A stretch of DNA of 56,894 nucleotides from positions 1 to 56,894 of the IMG/VR virus record IMGVR_UViG_3300032331_001429. One strand, written 5' to 3'. Source of the DNA: a virus. Its lineage: Duplodnaviria > Caudoviricetes. Position numbers and translations under genes: made by a program. The notes below the pieces were generated by a model. The model did not search any database. It was given only the letters and a program-made list of their open reading frames with translations, and was not told the DNA's origin. How positions within the stretch are numbered: position 1 is the first letter of the stretch; each line of letters opens with the position of its first letter. Shown here one piece after another: positions 11,701 to 20,500 of the stretch.

Positions 11701-12008
11701 TCTACTTGGTTTGCAGCCAAATTCCAGCACTCACTTATAAGCTCATTATAAACAGATATAATAGGACAAGATCTAAATAAAGCTATCAGTTTTCTTAGAT
11801 CACTATTAATTTCATAGAGTCCTGTAAAAAGCAACCTGACTATAGCTTTTTGATTAGTAGCACCAGAATCCGAAACAAAATTTTTATTGGTTCTAGTAGA
11901 AGGTAAAACCTGTACAGCTTTTTCTTCTTGAATACTTATGTCCTGTACTTGATATGTAAATCTTAGTGGACCAATCTCAAGGGCAGACTTTGATATCTGT
12001 GATGTCAT
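5757..12008 (-). CDS. Giant baseplate hub protein (T4 gp27 / Mu gp44-like core with large extensions)
   Basis: 2083 aa; hub-like motifs GRAIQIRLGY...AFTGKIVEI...LTIVCQG, AWEVFKEA, and MYRGTLMLIGRNMKPHDRIIIND...LEVESVVHHWSIDAGWVTNI; located between tape-measure locus and wedge genes. Confidence 0.7.
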   Translation of the reverse strand: MTSQISKSALEIGPLRFTYQVQDISIQEEKAVQVLPSTRTNKNFVSDSGATNQKAIVRLLFTGLYEINSDLRKLIALFRSCPIISVYNELISECWNLAANQVDPTTLTATTDNQKKKSNYTGFIPVALDELILASVPDIPYALYVTLTMTRVDVSAIYPNGELLYQGKTKPERSPYGSDAYYLNKWLDIALDDNMIPTVTAEDFSGVEISWYGEYSTGEVIEPNVSDLTKLSFVNNKNTKVYSESSNIKNLFSYKNCIGKGIPFPQHMGATSRFYSVDLLFADQENNTDFRKFCLFKESSDYIARAKDRFARVAGWVLNSPVAKLLAEPAGDRGYISGRPKSNTFVPLHVSIENGEQPLTKTVRLDMAESNIDFFTNSEVKLLQGGSDYEDLKKYFKGLVAKEYQFRLQLITNPSGLANAITGQDSTTDGSNLFDAFSTFWPIVNGNIDFGTLETFGILNRDTLKAVLLDSSFDYSERLAIALEATPLFSGKVATGASLPNIVYRVRQSVDQLQAMVFGPDEIDYANVYNIVKEYVQSMFDFTSNSTENNPALNPIDINNLTSRLFASLYGDYTGFLDFTNESGQAVQDLSKSTTKFSQKFINALFEVVVRRKGPIQQSLSKIYSVEGLDAAFLKLLIKYIGDSGTYPTDPSATDSNSTAINSYFKKSVYEDLFLPKYSKLYGDLWKEFAPTYDDLGIVNSSGQKGTNQTNAEDQLVLAVDENDTVPPSAWLFNEKYKPKLLAEIRAGANNVSAIGHELQLSLPFEVDDINEIEGLASQLARETEQGKKHKLQESLSKIIRKSFQKAYYNDETAYNETMNQLSIAALDKFEQEYMRGDKKLSVYVHHNNNVVRRKQLTVPGVAAEIYKVAKDYKLLRPNSRLPHSDTDEAQRSADRVNEFEFIRSLDENTAACLRSDLSQMPDIYENACKMFPAVKVYLLEKRGSDLYGDDTFFSVNPIMSVDITMDKDDADLAVITIADPLFLLQSSFFPQGGVVSVKGDDGTITKKVTGNLRGSNVEGYLKRYKIVEGRAIQIRLGYDSMPKNLKIAFTGKIVEISPGDVLTIVCQGWKSELINRQVNFYNDNVKNWGARDLAIMTMQHANPDGFGDFFPQMTSDYILKNLRTEDVQEAVKIALNRQDGVDIVPGARDVGNTITNAVKEFFGLESTTKQNQGLDTRLKNIWWADLPSYNNVVGWRNWSEIMPSQINDSWVVPLQPAWEVFKEASRHCWNAIVAVVPYDGEATLFFGHPDQPYIFTKGGPAGRRGWMKYINNKKDASKSTTSIIKGFKNSKEYDIQQNYNRLDKYLSTSTEYQTSAADYNGRQGPGVSDIEVLTDLQSIKIKIAAFRNEPGYEFVPNVGSYNNFNLEYNINISCFTLLNKLLRDEVVTIGNTLIGNRKNVDTYRGAMKKAIDNSSLPLVAYRNIQSKLGRNTIPVILNAIMDTPLDYIFTQWPGAETEFPKLLQPSKEISEAEINALLENRFKFTENMSDVILSILDTYKPYTEDSNNFGRSVATNQGVVGATFFEVQEPYILGQLVNYYDITQHTVSLNATKLLQSNQDKLSDKVKTSILSWIKEVKSLEDAVVAYSLNKEATRKYIRDARPGGILQFTSQPAVKDIRGIFDRAAKLRVDIEDNVRAKRYSSNENLDPSNLLTLKLFVYFFNEYLKSNDPEVQAEINKIKTIDGLLPPNMQVFRQHHWIDSDHDILKNDIVASTKDMWNTVIVEHPAHAEAVAKIDDEESLFKSGDFYSGIKWVYYPKQEVSGVMGLQFHPGLTLANKKLKIFTELNCQSNELAAKLACTHLADGIRRMYRGTLMLIGRNMKPHDRIIINDEYTKMTGPLEVESVVHHWSIDAGWVTNIGPQAVCDANPGAAILQTAAMEDTFNKVFKTIDWVSDAITIAIIVASLGGGTALAPGAFSVKEGIKASLKAVLSSGRTKAVVGRLTALGKNSAEVGRILLGSGGSPFKALGGLMAKYGGAANTYFLNWASTGLANQITHTSFRILTTSSFVENAQKTQQLPVILSPIYFNGLPFLAGMDTDDPIWAINFNDTFWSMRDLNKSAEQVFETIFGPSYVETNSTVK

Positions 12009-12016
12009 AATTTGTT

Positions 12017-12679
12017 TTAGATTCTTTTACCTGCAATGCTGTAATGATTTACAAGCGATTTGATAATATTACGTCTATCTTTTGGTGTAGATTTATCTAG
12101 TATATTTTTAGTTAATATTTTTGATTGTATTGGCGACAGATTGTCAACAATACCATTTGTACTCTCATAGGCGTTTAGTGAGTTATTAAACTCTTGTCCG
12201 CCTAATATCTCAGTTCCAACCTTTTGTTTTTCATCTAGTTCTCCCTGGCCTCTATTTGATATTTCAATATCTATGACGTTAGGAATAAAGACTGGGTTAA
12301 ATCGGACATAGACAGAGCCAAACAAAGCTGAGGCTAGAGATTGAACTACATTTAACATTATAGATGTGCCTGTGCCTAATGTTAAAGTAATTGAATTTAC
12401 TTGTGAGACAGATGAAACTGCAGAGCCTATGGTAATATATGAATTTAAAGCTGCCTTGTAGTTAGTATAGGAAGTCCCAATTAAAGCAACCCTAGCTTTG
12501 CCAATAGCATTTGTCCCAGGAGAGCTAGAAACTAAAATGTAACTAGGAGGATTAATTTTAGCGCCAGAACCTACCTCTGAAATTTGTATATAGACACTGC
12601 TGTCCTCCTGAAAGTAAGCTGAATAACAAGAACTAGTTACAGGTGCAGGATAAAAGATTGTTCCAAGTTTTTTTGCCAT
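12017..12679 (-). CDS. Hypothetical tail-region protein
   Basis: 220 aa Ser-rich ORF tightly packed between the 1635-aa gene and the hub gene. Confidence 0.45.
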   Translation of the reverse strand: MAKKLGTIFYPAPVTSSCYSAYFQEDSSVYIQISEVGSGAKINPPSYILVSSSPGTNAIGKARVALIGTSYTNYKAALNSYITIGSAVSSVSQVNSITLTLGTGTSIMLNVVQSLASALFGSVYVRFNPVFIPNVIDIEISNRGQGELDEKQKVGTEILGGQEFNNSLNAYESTNGIVDNLSPIQSKILTKNILDKSTPKDRRNIIKSLVNHYSIAGKRI

Positions 12680-12681
12680 AG

Positions 12682-15600
12682 TTAGTAAGCGAAATCACTT
12701 TCGCTCTCCATATCCATTTGCCGCCTAATAAGCCAAGAATTATTTCTTGACGCGGTCTTATCCTCAATAATTACACGATTATTTACTCTATTGTCAAAGA
12801 AATTTGAATTTACAGAACCAAATTTTTGATTATATCTAAACCTTCCTGCAGATGGAGTGAAGTTAGAACTGTTAATTCTAGGTGGAGCTTTCATATTGGG
12901 AATGGACGGACCCATATCCATAGGCCTAGAGGTGTCCGAAGGAGGAGGTAAAGAGGCTGTAGATAAATCCGGTGCCGTCATTCTATTGATAGCCCCTATG
13001 CCAGCTAAAGCCGCTACACCTACTAACGCTGGAGCAAAAAGTTTACTTTCACTTAGAGCTCTCAAGCTTCCGAGCATATCAGTTTTTATAGAAGATATCC
13101 TCTGTCCAAATGTACTTGGACCTGGTATTACTGCTTTTCTAACTTTTGCAGCCTGTCCTGGTGTTGCTCCTCCTATGCCACTGCTCAAAACTTTTTCTTC
13201 TTCAGGAGCAAAAATTCCTGCTAAAGGACCAAAAACTTTCTTGAATAAAGTTTTCTGGTTATAGAACATATTTTCATCTTCAGCAAATGCTGCTACTGTT
13301 CCAAGGTTACCAACCTTAGGCGCTATGGCATAGCCAAGACCAATAGTCTGTGCCATCATAATAGACGCCTTCCTAAGCATGTATTCTTCAGAACCTTGCT
13401 GTGCTCCTTTTAAAAGTCCTTCTAGTACCTTAGGAGTGCTTGTTCTATTTAGAATAAATCCAGCTTGGAATATTCTATTTGTATCTTGTCCTTTGATGAA
13501 CTCATAAAACAGATCAGAAGCTTTTTCTATAGACTTAACAATATTTAAACCACCAACTGCAGTCTGTTCTCCTAGTTCTAGTAAGCCTATATTTAATTGT
13601 TCTTGTCCTACCTTAGAAGTACCTTTCTTAACACCTGCTTGAAATAGATACTGAGATAAAGAAAAAGATGCAGCATATTTTTGCTCAAAGAACTTAGTGC
13701 CCGCTCCTAAAATACTTTGCATTTCTCTGAGCTCTGCTTGACTTATATCTACTTTTATGCCTCTTTTTTCAAGATCAAGTATACTACTTGCTCCCGCTAA
13801 AGCTGGTATAAGTCTTTCTACAGTTGGTCTAACTGCTGAATAACCTAAAGAAGCAAAACTTTTTTGACCGGTAAACGCCGCAAAGATGTCCCCTACTACA
13901 GTTTGTTGCGCAACACCTTTAGCTGTGGTTGCAGCATCTCTAAAAAACTGCAATGTAGGTTCTATTGCTCTTGCTTGTCTAGCTATTCTGTTTCTATACT
14001 CTTTTGACCTGCCAGATAATAATGATATTGCTATTGCATCATTATCGACGTCTCTCTCAAACATCTTGAATGCAAGAGGATGCATCTGGACGTCTAGTCC
14101 AAGTTCTGAGACGCGGATATTACTAGCAGCCGTTAGAGGTGTGTCTACAATTCTAAGCCTGAACACTGACATGTGTTCTGCTCTTTGAGTCGGATCTGCC
14201 ATAAACATGGAGTATATAGAATTTTCATATTTAGCCTTTCTTAAAAGCTCGGCATATTCCGCCTTTGACTCCTTAGTAGCATTAGCCCCTAAGAAAAATC
14301 CTTGTCTTCTTTCGATAGAAGCTATTAATTGCTCTCTAGATACAGCTCCCTCAAATATTCTTCTGGAGCTTCCCATATTAGCTAAATCATGTATTGTAGT
14401 TTGCTGAGGAACCAGCCTAGCTCTGTATCCTGCACCAAGATGTATGGTGTTCATTTTTGCCAGGATACCTTTTTTGCCTCCTAGCTTGTCAAATATAGCT
14501 TGGATTGCTCCCTGTACACTTCCTCTAATTTCAGCTTCTGTTTGTCCTGAACCAAGAGAAGCAAGCATCTTAAGAACATTATATGCAGGATGAGTTTTAC
14601 CTAATATAACTCTTCCGTCCGTAGCTTGCTCTGTTCTTAATAGAGCTCTAGGAATAGGTATGTACCTATGTTCAAGTTTTCCTAATATTTCTTTACCTTC
14701 TTTATCAATTCCTTTTCCAAGGAGTCCTAGTTTTCTTTTTTGTCCTAAATCAAGATAAAAGAAATCACCCAAGTCAGGATCAAGGAGTGTGCCTTTTATT
14801 TCGGCCCTTGATACACCGCCAGCTTTTGCTGTAAACTGTTTTATATCAGGTAATTTCTTTATTCCTTTTCCGCCTAGAAGTAATTCACCATTTTGGCCTA
14901 TTGTTATTACTTGACTTTCTAATGGCTTAACAGCACCTGGCTCAGCTAGTCCTTTTAAAAATTGTTTTATGGGATGCTCATCTGCTAAAACAAAATCTTT
15001 CTTAGCATGATCCCATCCAAACATCTTAAATTGGAAGGCAAGATCTCTTACTAATGGATCTTGCATTGCATTTTCATATCCAAGTAGTCCACTGCCCATT
15101 GCGGCAGTCTTAAATTTACCTAAGGTAATTCTAAGTCTGTTTCTTAAGTTTGTATCAAGTCTTTGATCTGATCTTTTGAATCCAGAAACGGATATAATTC
15201 TAGCATCTTCTATAGCATCCTTTAAACTTGTTCCGCCTAAAATTTGCTGGACAGCAGAAGTAATATTAATTCCTTTTCTAGCTTCTTCCGCTATCTTGCG
15301 ATAAGTACCTCCTCTACTTCTTAAATCCTTTATTACTTTTATGGCCTGAGCAACTGCTTCTTTTTTATTAGTTGCCATAGAGGCAGTAAGAGTTTGACCT
15401 CCGACTCTGGCTACTTTTGCGGTTCCTAGTAAATGCTCATATTCACTTGAAACTCCGTGACGATATAACGTTGCGTGGAAGTTGTCTAAAAATCTATCTA
15501 TTTTATCTATTTTTTGTATATCTTGTGATCCTATAACAGCTTCTACACCAAGACCTTTAGCTCCTTTTACTCTATTGGCATCTAATTGATGTAGCAATCC

Positions 15601-17589
15601 TCCTAAAACGTTTCCTTGTCTTACTCCTACTCCAGTTAGTCTTATACCACCTATTACAAATCCTGCAGAGCCAGCAGCCATTTCTTTTATACTTTGAAGT
15701 CTCAACGACAAAGTTCCTGATGTATATTTAGGAGAAACTAGAACTCCTCCGCCTCTTGCTCCCGCAAAATTCATAGGTTCAGCGCCAGGAAGTCTTCCTC
15801 GTGCCAGCATCTCAAATATACCAAAATCCTGCCTAGGAGCCATCACGATCTCTCCGGTGGCTATATCTTTAGTAGGAGCATACATCAATGTGCTAAGAGC
15901 TTTCTCTCTTTGAGTTAATACTTTATTTCTAAACTTTTTCGTGGCTCCTGAATATTTAACAACGTTTTCAAATTCTTGCTCATTGATTTGTAGCATCCTT
16001 AAATTTTCATCAAGAGCGCTACCTCCAGTTAGAGTTTCGTATGCTCTAAGTACTCTACCAGTAGGACCTTTTATTTTAACCGTGTCCAGGTACTGTCGAG
16101 ATGCACTGGCCTCCAAACCAGTTGCTGTCATGAGCATACCAGAATCCTGGAAGACTGTTTGATATGCGTTTGATCCTTTAAGTTTTAAAGATAGAACTGT
16201 ATAAGGACGTCTTGATCCAATTATGTCAACTCCAGTAGCACTTCTAGCTGGTGTACCTGCGTAAAATTCACTTTCTGTCATGAAGTACGGAACAGGTCTA
16301 GCTCCAGCTTTTTGTATTTTTCTTGCTATAGATCGTGTAATTGGAGAAGCTTTATATACCTGATGATAACCTTTTGTTTGAAATCTTTCTGAGAACTGTG
16401 ATCCAAATATATTTGCAGCCTCTGGAACAGGCATTACAATATTCTTTAGTGCATCAACTAAAAAATCTGCTTTTGTTAAAGGATGCATTCCGGCTACGCC
16501 AAGTTTTGCAAATGCAGTCGGTAAGTATTCGTTATAGCTTTTAACTACTTTATAGGCCTCTCTTAAAGCCATAGAAGGACTTATTTTTGCTCCGAGCCTT
16601 CCTGCTCTTATGACATTTAAGAAACCAACGTCGTCGGGAACACTTACTCCTCTACTTTTGATGACTTGACTTATGACTCTTCTAGCTTCAACATACTCTT
16701 TATGCTTTGCAAATATTTCGGCAACCTGTCTAGTCTCTCCCCTGGCTTGGAACTCTTGTAGCACTAAAGCCTGCTGGCCTCTGTACATTGCAGTAAGAGC
16801 AGTATCAGACATTCCTCTAATACTAGGTCCTGGAGCAAGTAGGCTTTTTAGTCTAACCTTCCCTGCTTTAGCAGAAGCGCCAGCAGCAAACCCTCCTTTG
16901 ACTCCTTCACCAATGACGCTTTCTTGGATTCTTCCTAAGCCCCTCATAAACACTGAGAGGTCTTCTGGAGTTACATTTTTATTATACCTAGTAATAAGGC
17001 TATTTAATCTATCAAAAAATTCTTCAGAATATGAGGTTCTTATTACAGGTGCATCTGGTCCATAAAATCCAGGTTCTTGAATTTTTGTAAGTTGATAAGC
17101 AGATCTTCTTGATCTACCTAATTGAACTAAGCCACCTTCTAAAGTTCCTCTTTCGGCTTGAACAGGAAGAGGTGTATAGCCCATGCCCGCGCTACCTAGA
17201 TAAATTTCTTTTCCCTTTCTTAGTATTTCTATATCAGGCATCCTTTTAGATAATATGGCAAACGACTTTCCAGTTTCTTTTCCTCCTAACTGTCTTCCTA
17301 TATCTAAAAATTCTTTAGAATCCGAAGATATTCTTTCGAACTGATTGTATCTTCTAAATATTTGATAAGGATCAGTTTCTCTGATAAGGTGAGATGGTCT
17401 ATCTATCGGAGCAAAACCCAGCAGCTCTCTGAGTCTGCCTAGCTTGGCTAGATAAGTTTCGGCAGGTAAGCTACCTTTAAGATTTTGTTTTGCTGATGAA
17501 CCTTTGTTTATAAAGAGATCATCTATAATAGCTTGAGTAGGATTGTCTCCTTTAGCTCCTAAGTAGTCACCAATATTTTTGCTAGCCAT
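12682..17589 (-). CDS. Putative virion-associated single-chain two-barrel (DPBB) RNA polymerase-like protein
   Basis: 1635 aa. Collinear RNAP-like motifs recognised by eye: VFQDSGMLM (beta FEDS), GVEAVIG (beta PVDIVLN), YIPIPRALLR...DGR (beta-prime lid), EIRGSVQGAIQAIFDKLGGKKG, MFMADPTQ...SVF (beta-prime NRAPT), QMHPLAFKMFERDVDNDAIAI (beta-prime QLHPL...NADFDGD). C-terminal hydrophobic helix. Confidence 0.75.
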   Translation of the reverse strand: MASKNIGDYLGAKGDNPTQAIIDDLFINKGSSAKQNLKGSLPAETYLAKLGRLRELLGFAPIDRPSHLIRETDPYQIFRRYNQFERISSDSKEFLDIGRQLGGKETGKSFAILSKRMPDIEILRKGKEIYLGSAGMGYTPLPVQAERGTLEGGLVQLGRSRRSAYQLTKIQEPGFYGPDAPVIRTSYSEEFFDRLNSLITRYNKNVTPEDLSVFMRGLGRIQESVIGEGVKGGFAAGASAKAGKVRLKSLLAPGPSIRGMSDTALTAMYRGQQALVLQEFQARGETRQVAEIFAKHKEYVEARRVISQVIKSRGVSVPDDVGFLNVIRAGRLGAKISPSMALREAYKVVKSYNEYLPTAFAKLGVAGMHPLTKADFLVDALKNIVMPVPEAANIFGSQFSERFQTKGYHQVYKASPITRSIARKIQKAGARPVPYFMTESEFYAGTPARSATGVDIIGSRRPYTVLSLKLKGSNAYQTVFQDSGMLMTATGLEASASRQYLDTVKIKGPTGRVLRAYETLTGGSALDENLRMLQINEQEFENVVKYSGATKKFRNKVLTQREKALSTLMYAPTKDIATGEIVMAPRQDFGIFEMLARGRLPGAEPMNFAGARGGGVLVSPKYTSGTLSLRLQSIKEMAAGSAGFVIGGIRLTGVGVRQGNVLGGLLHQLDANRVKGAKGLGVEAVIGSQDIQKIDKIDRFLDNFHATLYRHGVSSEYEHLLGTAKVARVGGQTLTASMATNKKEAVAQAIKVIKDLRSRGGTYRKIAEEARKGINITSAVQQILGGTSLKDAIEDARIISVSGFKRSDQRLDTNLRNRLRITLGKFKTAAMGSGLLGYENAMQDPLVRDLAFQFKMFGWDHAKKDFVLADEHPIKQFLKGLAEPGAVKPLESQVITIGQNGELLLGGKGIKKLPDIKQFTAKAGGVSRAEIKGTLLDPDLGDFFYLDLGQKRKLGLLGKGIDKEGKEILGKLEHRYIPIPRALLRTEQATDGRVILGKTHPAYNVLKMLASLGSGQTEAEIRGSVQGAIQAIFDKLGGKKGILAKMNTIHLGAGYRARLVPQQTTIHDLANMGSSRRIFEGAVSREQLIASIERRQGFFLGANATKESKAEYAELLRKAKYENSIYSMFMADPTQRAEHMSVFRLRIVDTPLTAASNIRVSELGLDVQMHPLAFKMFERDVDNDAIAISLLSGRSKEYRNRIARQARAIEPTLQFFRDAATTAKGVAQQTVVGDIFAAFTGQKSFASLGYSAVRPTVERLIPALAGASSILDLEKRGIKVDISQAELREMQSILGAGTKFFEQKYAASFSLSQYLFQAGVKKGTSKVGQEQLNIGLLELGEQTAVGGLNIVKSIEKASDLFYEFIKGQDTNRIFQAGFILNRTSTPKVLEGLLKGAQQGSEEYMLRKASIMMAQTIGLGYAIAPKVGNLGTVAAFAEDENMFYNQKTLFKKVFGPLAGIFAPEEEKVLSSGIGGATPGQAAKVRKAVIPGPSTFGQRISSIKTDMLGSLRALSESKLFAPALVGVAALAGIGAINRMTAPDLSTASLPPPSDTSRPMDMGPSIPNMKAPPRINSSNFTPSAGRFRYNQKFGSVNSNFFDNRVNNRVIIEDKTASRNNSWLIRRQMDMESESDFAY

Positions 17590-20500
17590 TATCTGTATTC
17601 TCTTCTGTAATTATTTTTTACTTCACTAGATCTATCCATTTGTATTCTAGTAGTAAACCTAGCGCCATGTGAAGTTCCATTCATAGTACTTGCTCCTAGA
17701 CCTTGAGCAATATTTTGCCCAACTGTTTGATAGAAGTTGTTTAAACTAGAGTAGTTAGGTGGAGCTGTAAATGTTACTGATTGCTCTGCAAGATCAGGAT
17801 ATATCTGATTTAAAGTTCTTTCGTGAGACTCATAGAAACCAAATCTATGGTAATTATCTGATATACCATTTAAACCATGTTGAATCATCTTCAGTTTCAT
17901 AGATGGTGTATCCACTGAAGGATGCCATCCTAGCCAATCTGAAGACGGAATTTCTCTTTCGCTGAAGTACTCAGCAACTTCTTGATCTGCTGTTGCTTGC
18001 CTATTCTTACCGCCGGACCAATATCTGTTTAAGGCATAGCCCATGTAAGCAGGCAATCCTTCAACTAGTTCTTGTCTATTTTCTTCCGGGGTTTGCGCAA
18101 ATATGTCAAAGTATCTTTTATCAGATGATCTAGGAAGACTTGCTCTTATAGTCATAGGATTAGTTGCGCCCACCATAGTCTTACCCTGCATTTTCTTAAA
18201 CTGACTAGACAGGCCGGGCATACCTGCAGACAAGGTATAATTTTCTAGAGATCTATTTTTTAGATAGGTAAGCTTGTCTAAGTATTCTACAGCGTCAGAT
18301 TCCGCCTGGACATGTTCAGGCACATAATTGCTTGGTAAGCCTCCCATAATTCTAGCTGTACTTACTCCAGCGCCTAAAACTGCGCCAGCACTAATTGCAG
18401 GTAGGTTAAGGGCGGAATGCAGACCGCCTGCGGCATTAGCCAAAGGATTCATAAATCTTAAAGGACCAGACATCATAAAGGCTATACCGGCGCCTTTTAC
18501 TGCTCCAATAATAGGATTGGAAAGAGCCGTGTCAGTAATTGCAGGACGAACTATATCTTCGTATGGATGGAACCAAGATGGGAATTCAGATCCTTCAACA
18601 TATTGTTTTCTATATTTTTCATAAGGATCTCTAAACGGAGCAAGTTTAGAACCAAGCCATGGAACTTCTGCCAATATATCATGAGTGACAAAATCATATA
18701 GACCTCTAGTTACGTCATATATAGGATTGCTTCCTAGCTCATTATTTATGTTGATCAAAGAATCAATATGTCTAGGATATCTATTTTCTATAGAGGTCAT
18801 TCCTTTCTTATAATCCAAAGCTCGTTCTACTTTTGCCTGATAATAAGGATCAAGCTGCATTCCTTGTACTTGTTTTTTATATGTCTTAAAAGCTTGGCTA
18901 TAGGGAGCAACATCCGCAAGTATCAAAAATTTATCTACAACGTCATACTCTCCAGGTCTACCTGAGTGTAACTTATTTAATGCTTCATATCCAGGTCCAG
19001 GCAATCTAGACTCTGCGTCCTCAATTTTAAGGAATGGATCTCCCGAAGAAAAATCTATAAAGTAACTCTTATCTCTTTCAAACTCGGAGCCTTTTCCAGG
19101 CAAGAAGCTAGGCATTGTGTTCCTAGTTCTATTAACCATTGAAGCAGTGTTAGCCGTTATACCGTAATCAGACAACATAAATCTTCTTAGGAATTCTGTC
19201 TGGCCAAACGCGCCACCTAACTGCATTGCATATAATCTTCTAGCAGGCGAGTCTAGCATACTAGAATCGGCCCTCTCCTGGAAACTAGGAGTAAATTTTA
19301 CTCCAAAGAATTCCATAGCAAATTTATAGACACCAAGCGGTTCTGTAGCAATATTAGCCATTTTCTGCAATCTTGCTATTGGATCATCATAGCTAGGTGC
19401 AGTAGAGTTTATTTCTGGAATGCCCAGGTCTCTGGCAGTACTTGGATCAAGGCCTTCTGGCAGCACTCCTTGGTTGGATAAGTATTTTTCAGGAGGCCTT
19501 TCTATAGTTGGCTTTATAAGTTTACCTATAGTAGATCCAAGTATAGGACCAAATACAGGAACGTTTTCAAACATTGGACCAGTAACTTCATAAGGTCTGG
19601 TGCCTTTGTTTATTTCTTCTAACCTATAAGGATTAAATATATTAAGCAATCCACCTAGATTGCTAGGCGTGGGAAATGGTATGCCAAAAACATTACTATG
19701 ATAAGTATAGTACTCATCTTTTGATCCATAAGTAGATCTATATCTATAATCTGACATTAACTTATGGTACCAGCTATAATCATATCTAGATATTTCTCCA
19801 CCCTCCATGGGTGTATTACCCATGAACCAGAATCTTCCTTTTCTTATAGGTACTTTTCTTTCTCCAGAATATTCTTCAATTAATTCTCCTGGACTTTGTC
19901 CTGGAGACTCTCCGCCTATCAATGCTAGGACAGCACCTGCTCCTGCTAGAGCCTTGCCTATGGTTGTGCTTTTAGCTAACTTTGCAAAGGTAGCGACAGG
20001 AGCTGCAATATTTCTTAATACAAAACCAAGACCGCTGTCTACAGATCCTGGATAGTTTTCTTCTAAAGCTTTTAAGCCTTGCTGTACGCCTACGGCACTT
20101 CTGGCCGACTGTTGAGCAATCCTAAGTCCGGCGTAAATGCTAGCTAAAGTTTTCTTTGGAGATATGCCTGTTATAGATTCTGATACATAGTCGGCGTAAT
20201 CAATAGCTTCTGCTGCGGCTCCATATATTATAGGAACTGCAGCCAGTCTGGTTAAGTTACCGACTAGACTCTTGGCAGGGGCATAGCTTATTCCAGCTAG
20301 GGTTGCCGAAGCTAAATGGGAAGTTCTAAAGGCAAGGTAAGAAGTAAGATCTTTAGTGGAAGTAATTCCAGGAATCAATCTACTCTCTGGAGCAGCATAA
20401 AATAGCGGTTTTTCTACACTAGGCTTAGATCTATATGCCTCATCAAGAGGACTTCTTTTGATAGTGTATCCACCAGATCCTACAGGGGCAGTAAAGTATT

